Part shown: positions 46,896 to 61,800 of the stretch, in pieces | Numbering within the stretch: the first letter of the stretch is position 1 | How the letters are laid out: each line of letters starts with the position of its first letter | DNA from: Styela clava | Lineage: Eukaryota | DNA length: 64,000 nucleotides | NCBI RefSeq assembly: GCF_964204865.1 | Contig: NC_135251.1 | Coordinates: 10,416,001 to 10,480,000 of the forward strand | Reading direction: 5' to 3' | Position numbers and translations under genes: made by a program | Notes under the pieces: generated by a model | Database searches by the model: none | What the model was told of the DNA's origin: nothing | The model's input: only the letters and a program-made list of their open reading frames with translations

Positions 46896-49800
46896 TCAAC
46901 ATTCTGTCGCAGTATTGCTAACACTTTCATTACAGCTTCCACTTGTTCTACCAGAAGCCGCACCGTATCTTTTATGTCTTTGTCGAGCTTGAACTAAACT
47001 GAAGACAACTTGTGCGAGTGAATGGTGACCTCCATTTGCCGCTGCGTCGCCGAGTTGAAGGTTCCCGTCTGCACCGAATCCTGTACCCAAGTCTGAGAGA
47101 GCTCGGTCAACTCCGGCGTGTTTTGCGGCCTCTGGAGTGCACCCAATAAGGAAGTGTGTTCGAACCGATCCGAGGCCTTTTACCCGAACTTTTCCTCGTT
47201 GTGAAAAATGGAATCCGCGATCTTTTAGAACTTGACACATCTCTTCCGGGACCTGAAGTTAATTGTAATTGTTAAACTACCGGACGAGACATCGCTTGTT
47301 TGCCATGATTGCATGCGTGGAAAAATTTATTGTCAAATTTAAGAAAATGTATTGGATTTTAGAGGATATTCTCTTTCATTTTGATTGAACGTTTCTGAAA
47401 CTAAAGATTGATCACAAGCATTGAAAATAAATTATCTGAAACGGTCACAAAACACGGAAGTTTTGAAGCAAGTAGGTTAATTTACAGTAAATTGGGACAG
47501 CCAGGCGTATAATCTATTATACGATCTGCCAAAAAAGGAACTGTCTGTCTATATTACCATATTCCTTCGCATAGCACTATTTTTAAGATATTTGTGTTTT
47601 TTTCGGCTAATTCAAATGATATCTAGGAACTCATATTATCTTAATATAGACCCAAATTCACTAGATAAAAAGTAATCGCCGTTTTCACACCCAACAAAGA
47701 AAAGTATCTTAACTCCATTACCTGTATCTGTCCAGGTACTCCAGTACTCTCCATTCTGCTGGCAAGGTTGACAGTTTTCCCCCAAATATCATACTGTGGT
47801 TTTTGAGCACCAATTACACCTGCCACTACTGGTCCAAATGCAATGCCTGGAAGAATAAAATTAAAGTAAATGACCACTGTGCATAGGACTGATTTTCATA
47901 AATAAACATATATAGTTAATATTCTATTATAAATCTAACATTTCAAACGTTAGGGTTCAGAATCTAGTGTTCAACGGTGCAATATGCTTGTTGGCACCGC
48001 ACGTGAAATATCTCGTACCCACACCAACACGCTAGCCAAAGGTGAAATGAAACTGAGTGGGCGATGCAAAGATTCAGGTGCTTGCAAAAATAGTGATTTG
48101 CTCAGTGCTATGTTTTATAAACGGTTCATAAAATAATGGCGGTTGATCACCGATTGTGCTGAAATTGGAAATAACTTTGGTAAAAACCTTAAAGGATTTG
48201 ATGGCAACAATGGTTTGTAATTAAGATGGACAACACAAGACATTACGCAATTATTCAAATTTAAAAGTAATGCAAAAGTGAGGTCGATCCAAAATGCGCT
48301 TTCAAATTGAGTTACAAGTCTGAAAAGTGTCTGCCGATACCTGGTTGTGCGTAACAGAACATTCAAAACAATCGATATACAAACTTACCAACTCTCAAGT
48401 TGAAATTACTGTACGAATGAACATTGATGTCAGCTATCACTCTCTGTAACAGGAGAGCAAAATGAGCCAGCATGCAAAGGTGGCTAATATCGCTCGCTTT
48501 TACTGATATTGTCTTATATTCTTCGTTTCCGTCCTCGCTTCGAGTTGGGAACTGAATTTCATTCGATGAGGAATCTTCTGCGAAACTTGATCGTGGTATA
48601 TTCGATGTTGGTACTGCTTGCATTATATTGTGAGGGGTCAACCCGGAAGCAGCCATGTATGTACTTCCGATTGTTTTGACCTTTTCCAGACAGCGGAAAC
48701 GCTCTTGACCAATCAGCTGGAATATTTTTTAAAATCATTAAAGCGGAATAACAATTGCCTGAAAAGGAATTTCTAATCTTCCCTTATTTGGAAAGAAAAT
48801 AGTAAAGATTCAGGCGATTCTAGGGGGCATATTAGATCAATATACTGTATTTATATAAGCGAGTCAAATAGTGAAAAAAATGAGCGCGGAAACTAGAGTC
48901 GTAACTTTCAAATGATTTATTTTATCGGGGTATCGTAGTTAGTTGTTTTGGCCATGAAAGATAAAGCGTTGTGGGAATATTTTGACCAACTCAACAGTTA
49001 ATTGTTGCAATGAGTCAAAGCTGCTCGCGTACCACTTGATCATCTTCCGCGTACCATAGCAGGTTGAGAACCACTGTTTTAGCGTATATCAGCTTTTGAC
49101 TTTTGCTTCAAAGTGATTTCGATGAGCATGAGCAGTGCCGTATCTAGGGTATGGAAGCCATGGCCAATGCCATTGGATCGTTTGGACCATTGGACCGTTT
49201 TCGCAAAAAGGGCGAAAAGTCTCAATCGTAAAATGTTTCAATAAAATAATGTAAAATTTGGAATAAATGAAACTCGTTTTTTACTTAAATAATAGCGTAC
49301 AAGTAAGTTTCTTAATTCAAAGTCAGTCGGTAAAAATTGTCAGTCTATATCCCAAGGGAGCGCACTTTTGAACTTCGCGGTGGGTGCAATTTTACGTACT
49401 TACTACACCACTGAGCATGAGCTCTATATATTGATACTCTATCTACTCTCTGAAAATAACGTCCAAAACATTCTTTACCCAATGTGAGCACTTAGAGTGA
49501 AAGAAACGATTAAGACAAGCAGGAAGAAATAATTCATTTGTTCCGACCAAATGTGCTTCTTACGCCTGACTAGGATACTCCCGTAGTATGTGTACCAGGC
49601 TAGGGTTAGGCCATAGTTTTATTCCGATTTTCCTTATTTTAGTTCTATTACGAGTTCGGGGACTGTCTGTGTTAGCCAAGTGAATATACCCCCTGTCTAT
49701 AGGTTGCAGTCCCTCTACACAACTTGATGGAAAGCAGACGAACAAAATTTGTTACCTCTATATTGGTACACATACTTCTGGAGCGGCCTGACTAGTTTAA

Positions 49801-52800
49801 TTAAAAGGTTGAATGTTTATCGAGTAAACAAACCTGGTCGATATCGAAAATAATTTCATTCAGCAGAGTCAAACCATCGATATCTTGACTTATCGAGTTA
49901 TCTCCGCATTTGTAATTAGGAATGGAAGCAAACATAACTCCGACACAATCATGACTTTGACTGTAGAGACCCTGAAAGGTTTGAAATATTCATAATATGC
50001 TAGGGTATATATGGATTTTTTTTGGAGATGTTAGAATTGTCATATGAAGTGCGATTCATGGTATGTTCTGAATTAAGATAGATATGAAAATTGCAGCCAA
50101 TGGCTATTGTTAGCTCATGACAAAAAATCATTGATTGTTCTTGGTTAGGAAAGATATAAAACTTTATGTAAATGGATCATTAGAGCATAAGTGGAGTTTA
50201 TTGCATGTTTTGGGTTAAATTAAATATAAAAATTAGTGGGATTTGGTAAAATAAGCAAATGGAGTTGGATTCATGTTATGTTTTGAGTTGAGACACATAT
50301 AATACTTGATGTCATGGTAAAAGTTAACTTGATAGTGCGGCAAGCGTAGTACAAGAGGGATCTGTATATAGGTAGATTATTCGTTTTTTGGGGATCGCGC
50401 CCCAGAAAATTGGACAATTTAATGGTGAAATAACTTCATTTTTGATTTGTAACCAGTGACTCTATTGAAAACTAGGATAAAGTAACAAATCAACAAAATT
50501 TCACAAGAAAACGAACCTCATCGTATATTGACCTCGATAGGAAGTGAGATGCTACGTGATCCGGAAGTATATTACGTAATAATTCATAATTATGACGCCG
50601 TAATTTCTTCATACCTTCCACCTCAACTTTGGCCTGTAACAAAAAGAGCAGATTCAAAGACATGAAAAAACTATGCCCCATTCTGATGCTGTAAATATAG
50701 TTACTAAACAATATAATTTCAAGCGCATGTCTAACACAAAATAGATATGGTTGTAATAGTATTTTTGCAAAAAAAATTGTGGAAGTTGAAATCAAATTGT
50801 ACCGTATTGAATATTACTTTAAACAAAAAATTAGAGTGAGGAAGTCAAAAGTTCACGACAAGTAAGCATATTTCTGTCGTTCTGCATTTCCATCTTCAAA
50901 TTAGAAAATCCCTATTCGTAATTTGCGATCTATATGGAAGCCCATTGATCCTCAACCGAGGATGTTAAATTGTTGTTAGTACCATACATACATCTCTACT
51001 TATTAATATATTTTAACAGGCAGCGATGGCGATAAAATATACTTCCATGATACCTCAAGTTTTCTTAAGAAGTCCAGTCTTGTTGTGTATTCAATTCTTC
51101 TACTTTGATAATAAACAGTGATTCCGAACAAAAATATGAAAACTAATCCAAGTGCTGTTTCAGCGTACGCATATCCAAGCCTGAAAACAAGGAAAAACGA
51201 TTTTTATGATTAGTAATCTAAAAAGGGTACTCCAGTAGTGTGTGTACCAGGTTAAGGTTAGACAATAAATTTATTCCGATTTTTCCTATTTTAGTTCTAT
51301 TACGACTGTCTGTGTTAGCCAAGTGGATATACCCCCTGTCCATAGACTTCCGTTCCTTTACACAACTTGATGTAAAGTAGGCGAACAAAATTAGTTACCT
51401 CCATATTGGTACACACACTTCTGGAACGCCAAAATAAGAAATTTTTTACTAAACATTTTCTTACGTGTTGCATGGATCCGCTTGGAGCAATCTTTTTCTT
51501 TCAAAATTTGTGAAAATTTCCGGCAAAAACACGAGTATAATAAGCCCATACGCCAACGTTACGACAGCAAGATTCATTAATTTGACAAAATTGTGAACTC
51601 GAAGGAAGACAGAGCACGTTATCAGCACCAAAAGACCGTTGTACAGAAAGAACTGAAAACAAAATTCTTATTTGTTAGGTTAAGTTTTTGGTATCGCACA
51701 ATTCAATATCGTTTCTTTCAATGAATGACTAATTCTGTTGGTTGATTTGGAATAAAAAATGAAAAACTCTGTATGATTATTTCCGAATAATTAGGAATTC
51801 GATTTGAAGCCAACTCGAATAAAATATAATAATATCAATACAAGAGGTGGATATTAGAAACGGTTCAATACAGAAGACCATCAAGATTGGCTCGACGATT
51901 GGCGAGGCATCCTGCCAAGCGTTGGGAAAACGCACTTCACCCTGCATGGGTTTGAATTTATGATGATAATTATGTGCAAAAAAATCGCTGAATTCTCTGA
52001 ATTTGCAGGAAGATTAGAAGCTACTCGTTGTTTTTTCACTCCCTCGGAACAAATATGGGGATACTATCATATCGCACTTGCATTCATTCACTTCTGGCTA
52101 CCATGGGTGGGATTCAGATTATGGAAATAATTATGTGTCACAAGGTCGCTGAAATCTCCGTTCTCATGGGGTGGTTAGAGCCGTCTGATCGGCTTTACTC
52201 TCTCTATCGAAACTATTATAAATATCTTATCCTTTTCATTTAAACTTACATTAGGATTATTGCAGACAGCCGCATCACCGACCTCATAATGTATTATCGT
52301 GTTAGATATATTTGTCTCGTGACACGTTATCGTTATTTGTGTTTGGAGAGCTTCATCGCCCTTGGCTTGGAGACAAGTAAACTGGAAAAAAAGATTTGAC
52401 GTAGAATTAAATTTTATCATAAATCCTGTGTCGTATATATTAAGATGACAGTCATTTTAAATTAGAAGTAGGAATAGTTATATAGCCACAATCGGCATTT
52501 GAATGGCTGTAGTAGAAGGATATTTAGCTGTCATATAGACATCTACATCGTACCGAAATTTTTTACAAATATTCTTGCAGGAGAATTTGGGAGAAATACT
52601 TTTGCGTGAAAACATTTTTGCTACCAATTATTAACAAATTGTTGGAGTAAGCATATGGAGTGACAAAACGTATCATTAATATCAATATCCACAGAAACGA
52701 TTCATAGTTAAATAACTTACCATTCCACTTATAGCAATGATCAGATTGAGCAGAAGTGCGATGTAAATGACGAGATATCTTATTAGGAGTGATTCCTGAA

Positions 52801-55800
52801 ATAAAAAGTACCAAATTGTAGAGGGATTCTATGACTAACTAATCCAATTATAAATTATACAGGAAAAGTCATTTTTAGTAAAAACTTTGATAGAAACCGA
52901 ACCGGCGGTGTGGTGTGCTTGCCACCGCACCTCTGATTACCCTTCGTGGGTTCGCAGATTCGAATCCCATGCAAAAACAGTTATGTGAGAAACGATTGCT
53001 GGACTCCTCGTAGCCGTAGAGTGGTTCACGTAACCGCTGGTCGGTTACGACTTTCTCCGCCATCAAGTCAGTATTTCCGAAAACAATCTGAAATAACTGG
53101 CTAACTATTCCCAATATCCTATACCCGATACGAACTAGGTTACTGGCGAACGGCGATACATAAGAACAAAAATTTGTCATTCAGACATGTAATGCATATT
53201 GACCAATGCAGTTGGTCACGATGAAGTCTGGTTGTGACGAAACAACCAAGGTCAACTAAAACAGCCATCACCCGAAGGAAGAAATAACTGTCTTTCTCTC
53301 AGCCTGATGGATATTTCCCCGAGCATCGATTGATTACCTTGTTAATTTCGATTTAAACATTTGGTTTAGTTGCAATAATCAAAAATTGATGCCGCAAACT
53401 CTGCGATAGACTAGTCCAAACTAAGTTATCAGGTTTTGAATAAAAATCATAGATTTGAACATGTAAGCCAGTTTGTAAGCGCCAATTCTCTAAAACACTT
53501 TCAAAATCAGCGTTAAAAATTTTGCATAGATAAAATAAAGGGAGAATTTTACAGGTGTCAAGACTCAAGGGTCTGGGAAACGTCCATTGAAAATCATTAC
53601 TTTTTCTACCTGAATAAAAGAAGAAGCATGTCGTATCAATCTTGGAAGACTGGTATGGTCTTCAGCCACAGTCATGAACATCAGTAATCCGTATATGACG
53701 AGAAATACAGCAACATCGATGTAGACAAGGAAATATCTAAAAATTTCAATCAAATTTATTAATTCTGCAATAAATTGTTGGTGTAGTATTAGCTGATAAA
53801 AAAATAGCTTCCAGATAAACAAAAAACAGTCCATATGTAGAATGGCAATAAGGTGGTTGCAAAAACTGATATTTCAAACAGCCATAGACCTATGGATTGG
53901 GTTTCTACATGACTAACTACTTCTCCGTTTTCTATGCTTTTGTGCTAAGTGATTAAATTTCTATTTTTGTTTTAGTTGAAATATGCATGTCTGAGAAAGT
54001 CTGACCTTGGTCAGACGAAACGTTGCAGAAATATATTTGTGTCAGTGTGCAGCAAGACTCTTGAATAACTTAGGATAGTTATAGACCTATTGAGGAATTT
54101 TACACAACGTCCAGATGCTTCATTCATTCCATAATTACTCTGTAAGAGTCACACATCCTCTCGCGCCCAACGATCTTCCGATAGTAAGATAATTATACTC
54201 ATAGATTATCTATTCAAAATTTAGTTTAGTTTCATTGCCACTCCCACGTAAATAAATAGTCACAAATATTTTGTTATCGAAACTCTACTTCGTTACCAAA
54301 AAACATAATCGTCGTCATTAATTTAGTTGCATGCTTTGGGTCGGTTACTGTATTATACTTGTAAATTGACACTCCGCACCAATTTTGCCCTTACGGCCCC
54401 GGCTTGGGTTAGATTAGTTTTGGTCATCTCGCACCGATTTTGCACCTAATGCATCGACTCGGGTTAAGTTAGTTTGGTAGTCTCCGACAGGCTATCTGTG
54501 TTTTAAACTGGATTGGAATTGTTGATAAAGGTTTGAAATACTCACACTGATGCAGGTATACAAGCTTCAATAGCAATTATGAAAGCAACCACTAGACATG
54601 AGAGCACCAGATTCGATTTGAACAATTCATCTCGAAGTTGAGAGAATTTCAATTCAAGGTCTTCGTCATTGAAGGTGATTGTGAGATCTGGAAATATAGA
54701 TATCTTGTTTTATTTCATTTCAATTCGGACGAGGCTTTAGACAAGAAAGAACTCTCAAATTGACTAATACTGTCAAAAAAATACAATTATTAAAAGATTT
54801 TATTCAATACATTGTCTTTTGCAGTAACCATGCTACAATCCTCAGAAGCAAGAACAATCAGACACAAAATCAGTGAAACGTAAAACTAAACAACAAAATG
54901 TACGTGAACGGGCAGTGTTTACCAAAATAGAATATTACAATAGTAACAATAATTAGATATACAGAGCTGTTGGTTGTTGACTTGATTTATTCAATTCAAT
55001 ACAAACTGAACAAAACGGGCCTATCAGGGGATAGTTTATTCACCCTCCCTCCCTTTTTTCTGTAACGTTTTTTGCAGGCACTTAACAATGTGAAATAGCT
55101 ATGATTTTGAAGCACAGAACTCAAGATACAAAACATATCATAGTTAAGAATTAAAATACTGTCAAATCTCGCGGCGCCTGTTTATTCATTTCTTCTTTTA
55201 TGCATGAATATATCTTAGCGTTATTGGCCCTTCGCGATTCATACATTGGTACACTTTCCACTTCAGTTGAGGCCTTGATCGGAAAAAAAATTTGTGAATA
55301 CAAAATATCCTCCTACCTCTGATATGTTCTTTCCCTAGTTGGTTATAATTTTGATTGTCAATACTTCTTAGCATTCTGTCATTTATTTCGTCATAATCAG
55401 ATTTTCTTTGCTTCGTTGGAGCCAAATTATGAGGTAATATTCCCAGTGACGTCACATCTTTGAAAGCTGAAGCAGTCTGAAAATCGAAAAGTGAATAGTT
55501 GTTTCATATTATCCGAACTAACTCTACGAAAGACTATAACAGCGCTTTTCTTTTTTTACGATTTATTTATTTTAGCGATATTTATTCCGATAAACTGTTG
55601 TGGATTTCATTGGAATTTAACGAAAAAAGTTGAGAATCACAGCACACAAGGCCGGTATTACTAACTTTTAAAGGGCAGTATGTGGACGTATAGATCGCTC
55701 ACAAATTTCTACGTATACTCAGAGATATGGAAAATACATAAAAACTGAGCGAATTTTATTATTTCAAACATAAAAATAGTATATTCTGTTACCTTTTTCC

Positions 55801-58800
55801 GTCGTTTCTTGTTCACATTTGCATTTGTGAGTAAATTTTCAAACGGCAATTCCGGTTTCCATCCTTTTTCAGTAAACGAACGATTCCTTCGATGCTTGAA
55901 TGACAATTTCGGAAACATATTCGGTGTCAGAGAAGATTTTGATTCTAATCTAGTCTTTTCGTATCCGTTTACGACTCGCGGGCTATGTGGGGGATTCCTT
56001 ACATCATTTCCGTTGATAGTGACATCACTTCCGGTTTCTTCGTCGCTTTGTTTACGATTTTTACGACCGAACATTTTCAATATCATTATAGGCATTCTGG
56101 AAGAAATATACATAATGTTTGATAAGTTTAATCTAAGTAGTAGGTCCAAATTTGCATAAAGGAGTTGTGTTTATAATTTTGCTTCACTCAAGTTGTGTGT
56201 GTTTCGATTTGAATTGCTTTTAGTTAACTGTAAAATTCAGATGCATCTGATACATCTAATCAATTTCCCCACTTTCGCAAGTTTATTTTGACTCAAATAG
56301 TTTAAAAATATCCTAATATTTAAATAATAAAATTTAGATAAATTCACGTTACTGAAATACTAAAAACCGAGAAATAGGATACGATTTACATATTTATCCC
56401 GGAGAAGAGTAAAGCCGATAAGACGGCTCAACCATATGGCGAAACACGCTTCTCGTCCGGATATCAGTTCATGTCGGGTATGGGATTAGTTATAGCCATT
56501 TATATGTTTTCAGATACATGAACTTGATGGTGGAGGAAGCCGTAAGCCGTAACAAGCGGTTGCGTGAACCACCCTATGTCGGCGAGTCCAGCAATCCTCT
56601 CGCACATACTTATCCCGCATGGGTTTCAACAGACATGCGGTAGCGAGCGTATTCCTAACGCTAAGCACGATTCGCCATGCCGGCGTACAAGTTTGCCCGA
56701 AGCAAAGTCCCAACTCTCTAGGCTTCAATAGAAAGTTGGAAGACTAGTAAGCGACCACGTACACGCTATAAGCTATGTATAGACTTTATCATGGCGTATC
56801 AAAAATGCGGTGGTTTGATTATTCACCACTAGTTCCACATTCGACAACAGGTACGAGCGGTACCAGTCGCTCAGTGGTGCACGACATTTTTGAGAGGTCG
56901 GATTAAACCTTACCACAGTGATATGGTAAATAGATTATATTCTCATACTCAAGCGTTTATCGGTAAGTAGATTTGAATAAAATATGGGCTTCCTCGGGCA
57001 TTTAGATTGGTTGATTATAATAGCAGTTTAAAAGACTTTTCTGCTCAAAGCAAAGTCAGGCGCAATTAACAAGTGAAGAACACCCACTTCTGAGCAATTA
57101 CACGGGCAACTAAGATCCCAAGATCTACTGAAGCAATATAGATTTATGGTTGTGGTTTACGCACCATTGTATCTTGTGTGACGCTTGTGAAATTATCCAG
57201 TTTTGACAGCGCTTGGTACAGTATTAAATATGTCCCGATATGCGAACGCCACACAGTGATATGAATAAGATTAGAGATTAACATGTTTCCTCATATTAAT
57301 CATCCATACTAACTTTGACACTAAGTTTAACAAGAATTGCATGTGGTACACGCGGTACATTTGGCAACAGTGGTCCATGTGGCACGCGTGGCACAAGTGC
57401 TACATGTGGCACAAATGGATTAAATTGACGCAAGTGATATAAGTAGCACCTGACACGAGTGGTGCAAAATGTGGCACAAGTGGTGCAAGTAGTGCATGTG
57501 GTACAAGTGGCACCGTGACGCAAGTGGCACGAACGATATACGTGGCACATGTGGCATACGTGACGCACGTAGTTCAACTACACCAAATTTAAAATGTTCT
57601 TACCTCCACCTTCTTCGTGCAGTCGATGAGACAGATGAAGTATCGCTGTCGTATTCATTATTTTTGACTGCAGCACCGTTTGATAGGTTTCCTGACAAAT
57701 AACGAATTAGTTTATAAATTATTATAATTATAATTGGATTTTTTACAACGTAGCATAGCTATAGGTCGTCCAAACTTTTTGAACCTGCCCACAAAGTGAG
57801 GGATTCAGCCGCCAGACCTGGTTGACTGTGAGATTTCATTCGTTTACTGCCAGTGAAATGAACCTTCTAGCCTGGATTATGGTCTTATACAGAAATATTT
57901 TATGTCGGAAGTTTTTCTAAGACCTTCAGTTATGCGGAACTCGCTACTTCAAATCTGTTTCAGTTGCTATTTGTACTTCTGCGGAAACACGTAAATTTGC
58001 TCAGTCGTCAGTCAGGAATGAGTTACCTTTACTTCTGACTGAAGCATTAGCGAATTCTTCGAAAACAAGTTCTAGTGGGAAGAGTAGTACACGAGAAGCA
58101 TATGGTACAACTATAAGCGGGGGAAAGTGGGACGCGACATTACTAAAGCTCACCGTAAACACATTATACGAATGGGTCGAACTTGGGACAAGTGAGACAC
58201 ATTTTTAGGACACCGGAAAACATAGTATAACTGGTGCAAATAATAATACACACGAGGTGCATATGGTACGACTGTAAGCGAAAAAAAGCAGGGCGCGACA
58301 ATACTAAGACAGCAAAAAATAAACAGTTGAAAAATAAATACTAACCGTTGGAAAATGACTTTGTCATCCGCACCTCTGGTATTTGATTAATTATGATGGA
58401 AGGTACTCGTTGTCTGCTTGGTGTGGCCGGATATTCTTGTGGTATATGAAGCATTGTTTTCGTGGTTGGAGAGGGAACGCTCTGAACAGTTGATGTTGAT
58501 CCTCGTTTCTGTTGGAACTAGAGAAAAAAAGAGAGAAATGCGTATGGGCTGGCGGCTAAAGCGGTAGACTTAACTATGTTTAAATCCCGTGCCCACCACC
58601 TCACCCATGGTAGAATAAATCAGGTAAAAAAACTTCCCAACTCGAAAAATCGCGGTCTTTCATGAGATAATAATTGTTCATATGCTGGTGACTTCTTACC
58701 CAGGGCCTTGTCCGGAATGCCTGTGTGAGAATAGCTCTTAAACGAACTTGTTGCCTCTACATGCCAGTGAGGGCAAACGCGTAGAATATAGAAAATTAGG

Positions 58801-61800
58801 CGCTCCAGGAGTATGAGTACCAATATAAGGGTAACTAGTTTTGTTCGCCTATTTTACATCAAGTTGTGTAAAGGGACTGAAACCTATGGGGAGAAGGATT
58901 AAATACACTTGGCTAACACAAACAGTTCAAAAATTGAAATAAAATTATGGCCTAACCCTAACCTCGTACACACACTACGGAAGTACCAATAATTCATCTT
59001 TCTACCTCATGAAAGGAGGGTTTGACATTGAATAGCCCTAAAAACTAAAGATGGCTTTACCTACACTATATACATGGTATAAACAAAAAATCCAGTCTTA
59101 CCCGATCTATACTTGAAGTATCATTTCCGTTAATCAAAGCAGATGTGCTTGTTAGGCTTCCTGTCTCGTTGTGAACTTGTATAATCGGGTTATGGTGACT
59201 GTATTGGAAAGGTACTGGTGATGAAGATCGACGATTATAACTCGGGGTCGAGCTTCTTGAATCGTTATCATTGTTCTCCTGTAATCGGATTGGCTGCTGA
59301 TCGTACCGATCTACTATGAGATAGGTTTTGATGTTGTTCTCCCTCAAAAAGCGATTTCGAGTACCGCCTCGACCGTCTTCAACCTGCAAAAATATAAAAA
59401 AAAGATCTTCGATGTTGCGTTAAGTATCACTATCTATTAGCATCAATACGTTAAAGCAGTAGTTAGATTTGAACTTTATTTACAGTTGTGTGGTATAGAT
59501 TTCTGGTTTAATTAAACCCAACGCCCACGCGAGTCCCGCTTCAGACACTCACAATCTGCAAATAGGTTCTCGATATGAGGTGTTTATTGGCTCACCAGAC
59601 CGCGAGCCGCACCTTCATTTAACATAGGATTTCTAGTAATTGCATACACAAAAAGTTTGGTGAATGATCTTATGACATGCGTTGTTCACTTCGGACGAGC
59701 CAAAGTGAATAGTCACTCTGGCACAAGCTAAGCTGTTCAGGCCTTGTAACGTCATATGCATAAATTGTACTCGGGTATTGGGTAAGGAACCAGATTAATC
59801 CATAGTAAAAACTCGTTTTGCGGGCCGAACACAATTCAATATCGGCACTTCTTTGCGGGCCACACAGTTTTTCCTTGCGGGCAGCATTTGGCCCGCGGGC
59901 CGCAGGTTGCACACCCCTGCATTAGAGCGTTCTCGTATTCGAACCAGCCACCTATTCTCCAGCACGCTAAATTGGGTAGACAATGCTAAAAGAAAGAGAT
60001 TCTGGTTTTTCCAAAAATTGTCGCTGTGGATGAAAGTGTTGAAATACTCTCAAAAAGAAACAGAGCCCGAACTAATTTTTGGACCTCCTAAACCTAAAGT
60101 ATGCGCACCAAGATGGCGCACAACCTGAACTCAGGTTGTGTACCAGGTTAGGGTTCAGGTTGTGCGACATCTTGGTGCACATACTTCAGACGTACCAATT
60201 TTTTTATATATTTATTAATCATTAGGGTAAACGAGATAGCGTTAGAATGAAAAAAATATGAATTTGAAACATATGAATAGAATAGTCCCGAGCTCTCAAC
60301 TAAAAGAGGAAAGTTTACTTCCATAATACGAACAATTGCCATGAAGCTTAGATATCCATAACAATACATAACAAGGAAAGAAGCCATTGTTACCTCATAA
60401 TCTCCTGACAAGCATTTATACACAGCTTCAGATATATGAACTCTCCCTGGTACTCCGCCTGATTCCATTGCATTTGCTATGTTAACATCATTCGACCAAA
60501 CATCGAATTGCCATTTTCGAAGACCAAGGACGCCGCATTGAACTGATCCGGTGTGAATACCTGTAAATGGAGATATCAATATTATTTTATGAGACAATTC
60601 CACTCCTAAAAAAATTCTACTAGCAGTCATGTTATCAACCGCTGCAATATTATTTTGAAATCATCTCAACCCTGGAGATGATGGCATGGAATTTGAGCTA
60701 GAGATATTCAACCTAGGGCGCCAGCGTAGCTTGGCCTGAGGCAATAACAAGTCAAATATAGACCATTTCACAACCAATGCCTTCGGAGCTTGAAACGCTT
60801 TTCAGACCCGCAAGATTCTCAAAAAGCTACCTTAGCAAGTCTACGCTATAACTTGGCAATTAGAAATTCCAGAACAATTCCCTCCCCTTTTGAAAATTTC
60901 TGGCTACGCCCTGTTCGAAGCCAGCGAACAAAATGACAATCACAATGAATTTTGGTTGTATATCAAAAACTCTTAAGAGTGATCATACAAGATTATGACG
61001 TATACTTATTATGACGTAAGTTGTCGCCTGTAGGTAGCATGAATTGTGATAGAATCCGATTTAGAGTTTTATTTTTAGCGGTTTTTGATATTTTCTACAA
61101 AAATTTGAAAATTGAAGAATTCCAGTTCTTTAATTTCCATATAATAACGGTAACACAGATCACATTTATTATGAATTCCCAGTTTTAGCTTATTTATCGG
61201 AGGTCAGGTAAGGTTTGAAGATAAATACGCCCTAATACGAACACTTTATCTATGCTCATCCGTGGCCAATGTTGATTTTTAGAATCTATTCAACACCGAA
61301 ACGAACTAAATTACTAAAGGAATACAGTAAATTTTCTTATTTTCGTACATTTACAAATAATAGTTCGGACTATTTGTATTTCCCAATTAACGACATATGG
61401 TATCTAAAGTGACCTTCTTTATTTTGTCCAATTCTCACGTCTCATTGAGTCCATATCTTAGGTAGGATAGCCAATCCATCCCTCAACAAATTCATAATTA
61501 AGAAGCACTTCCGTTTTTAGGATCAGTTATTTTTAAAAGCTGTCGTGAAGACCCGTAAAGTATTTGGTACATTATTGAGACAAGAATGGTCTTGAATCTA
61601 ACTAAGCTAACTACTAACATTTCTCCTATTTTCAACACATAAGCATCGAGCTATGTCTTAGTAATCTAAAACGTTTATTTGTTTTAAATTATTTCCAAGT
61701 GAATGATGATTTTACCACATATTTGCTCATTTGCTGCACTGATAGCAGAACTGCAGTAAATGGCAGTACCATATTCGAATCCATATATATGAATAGGCGA

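Noticed and set aside
57296-57577. Cys/His-rich ORF ([13 protein letters not shown]) resembling a cytochrome c or metallothionein
   Set aside because: It is a translation of the 9-bp minisatellite.
58540-58602. tRNA-like segment (TGGCGG…GTTTAAATCCCG…CCACCA)
   Set aside because: No complete cloverleaf; resembles a degenerate repeat also seen inverted near 18180-18242.
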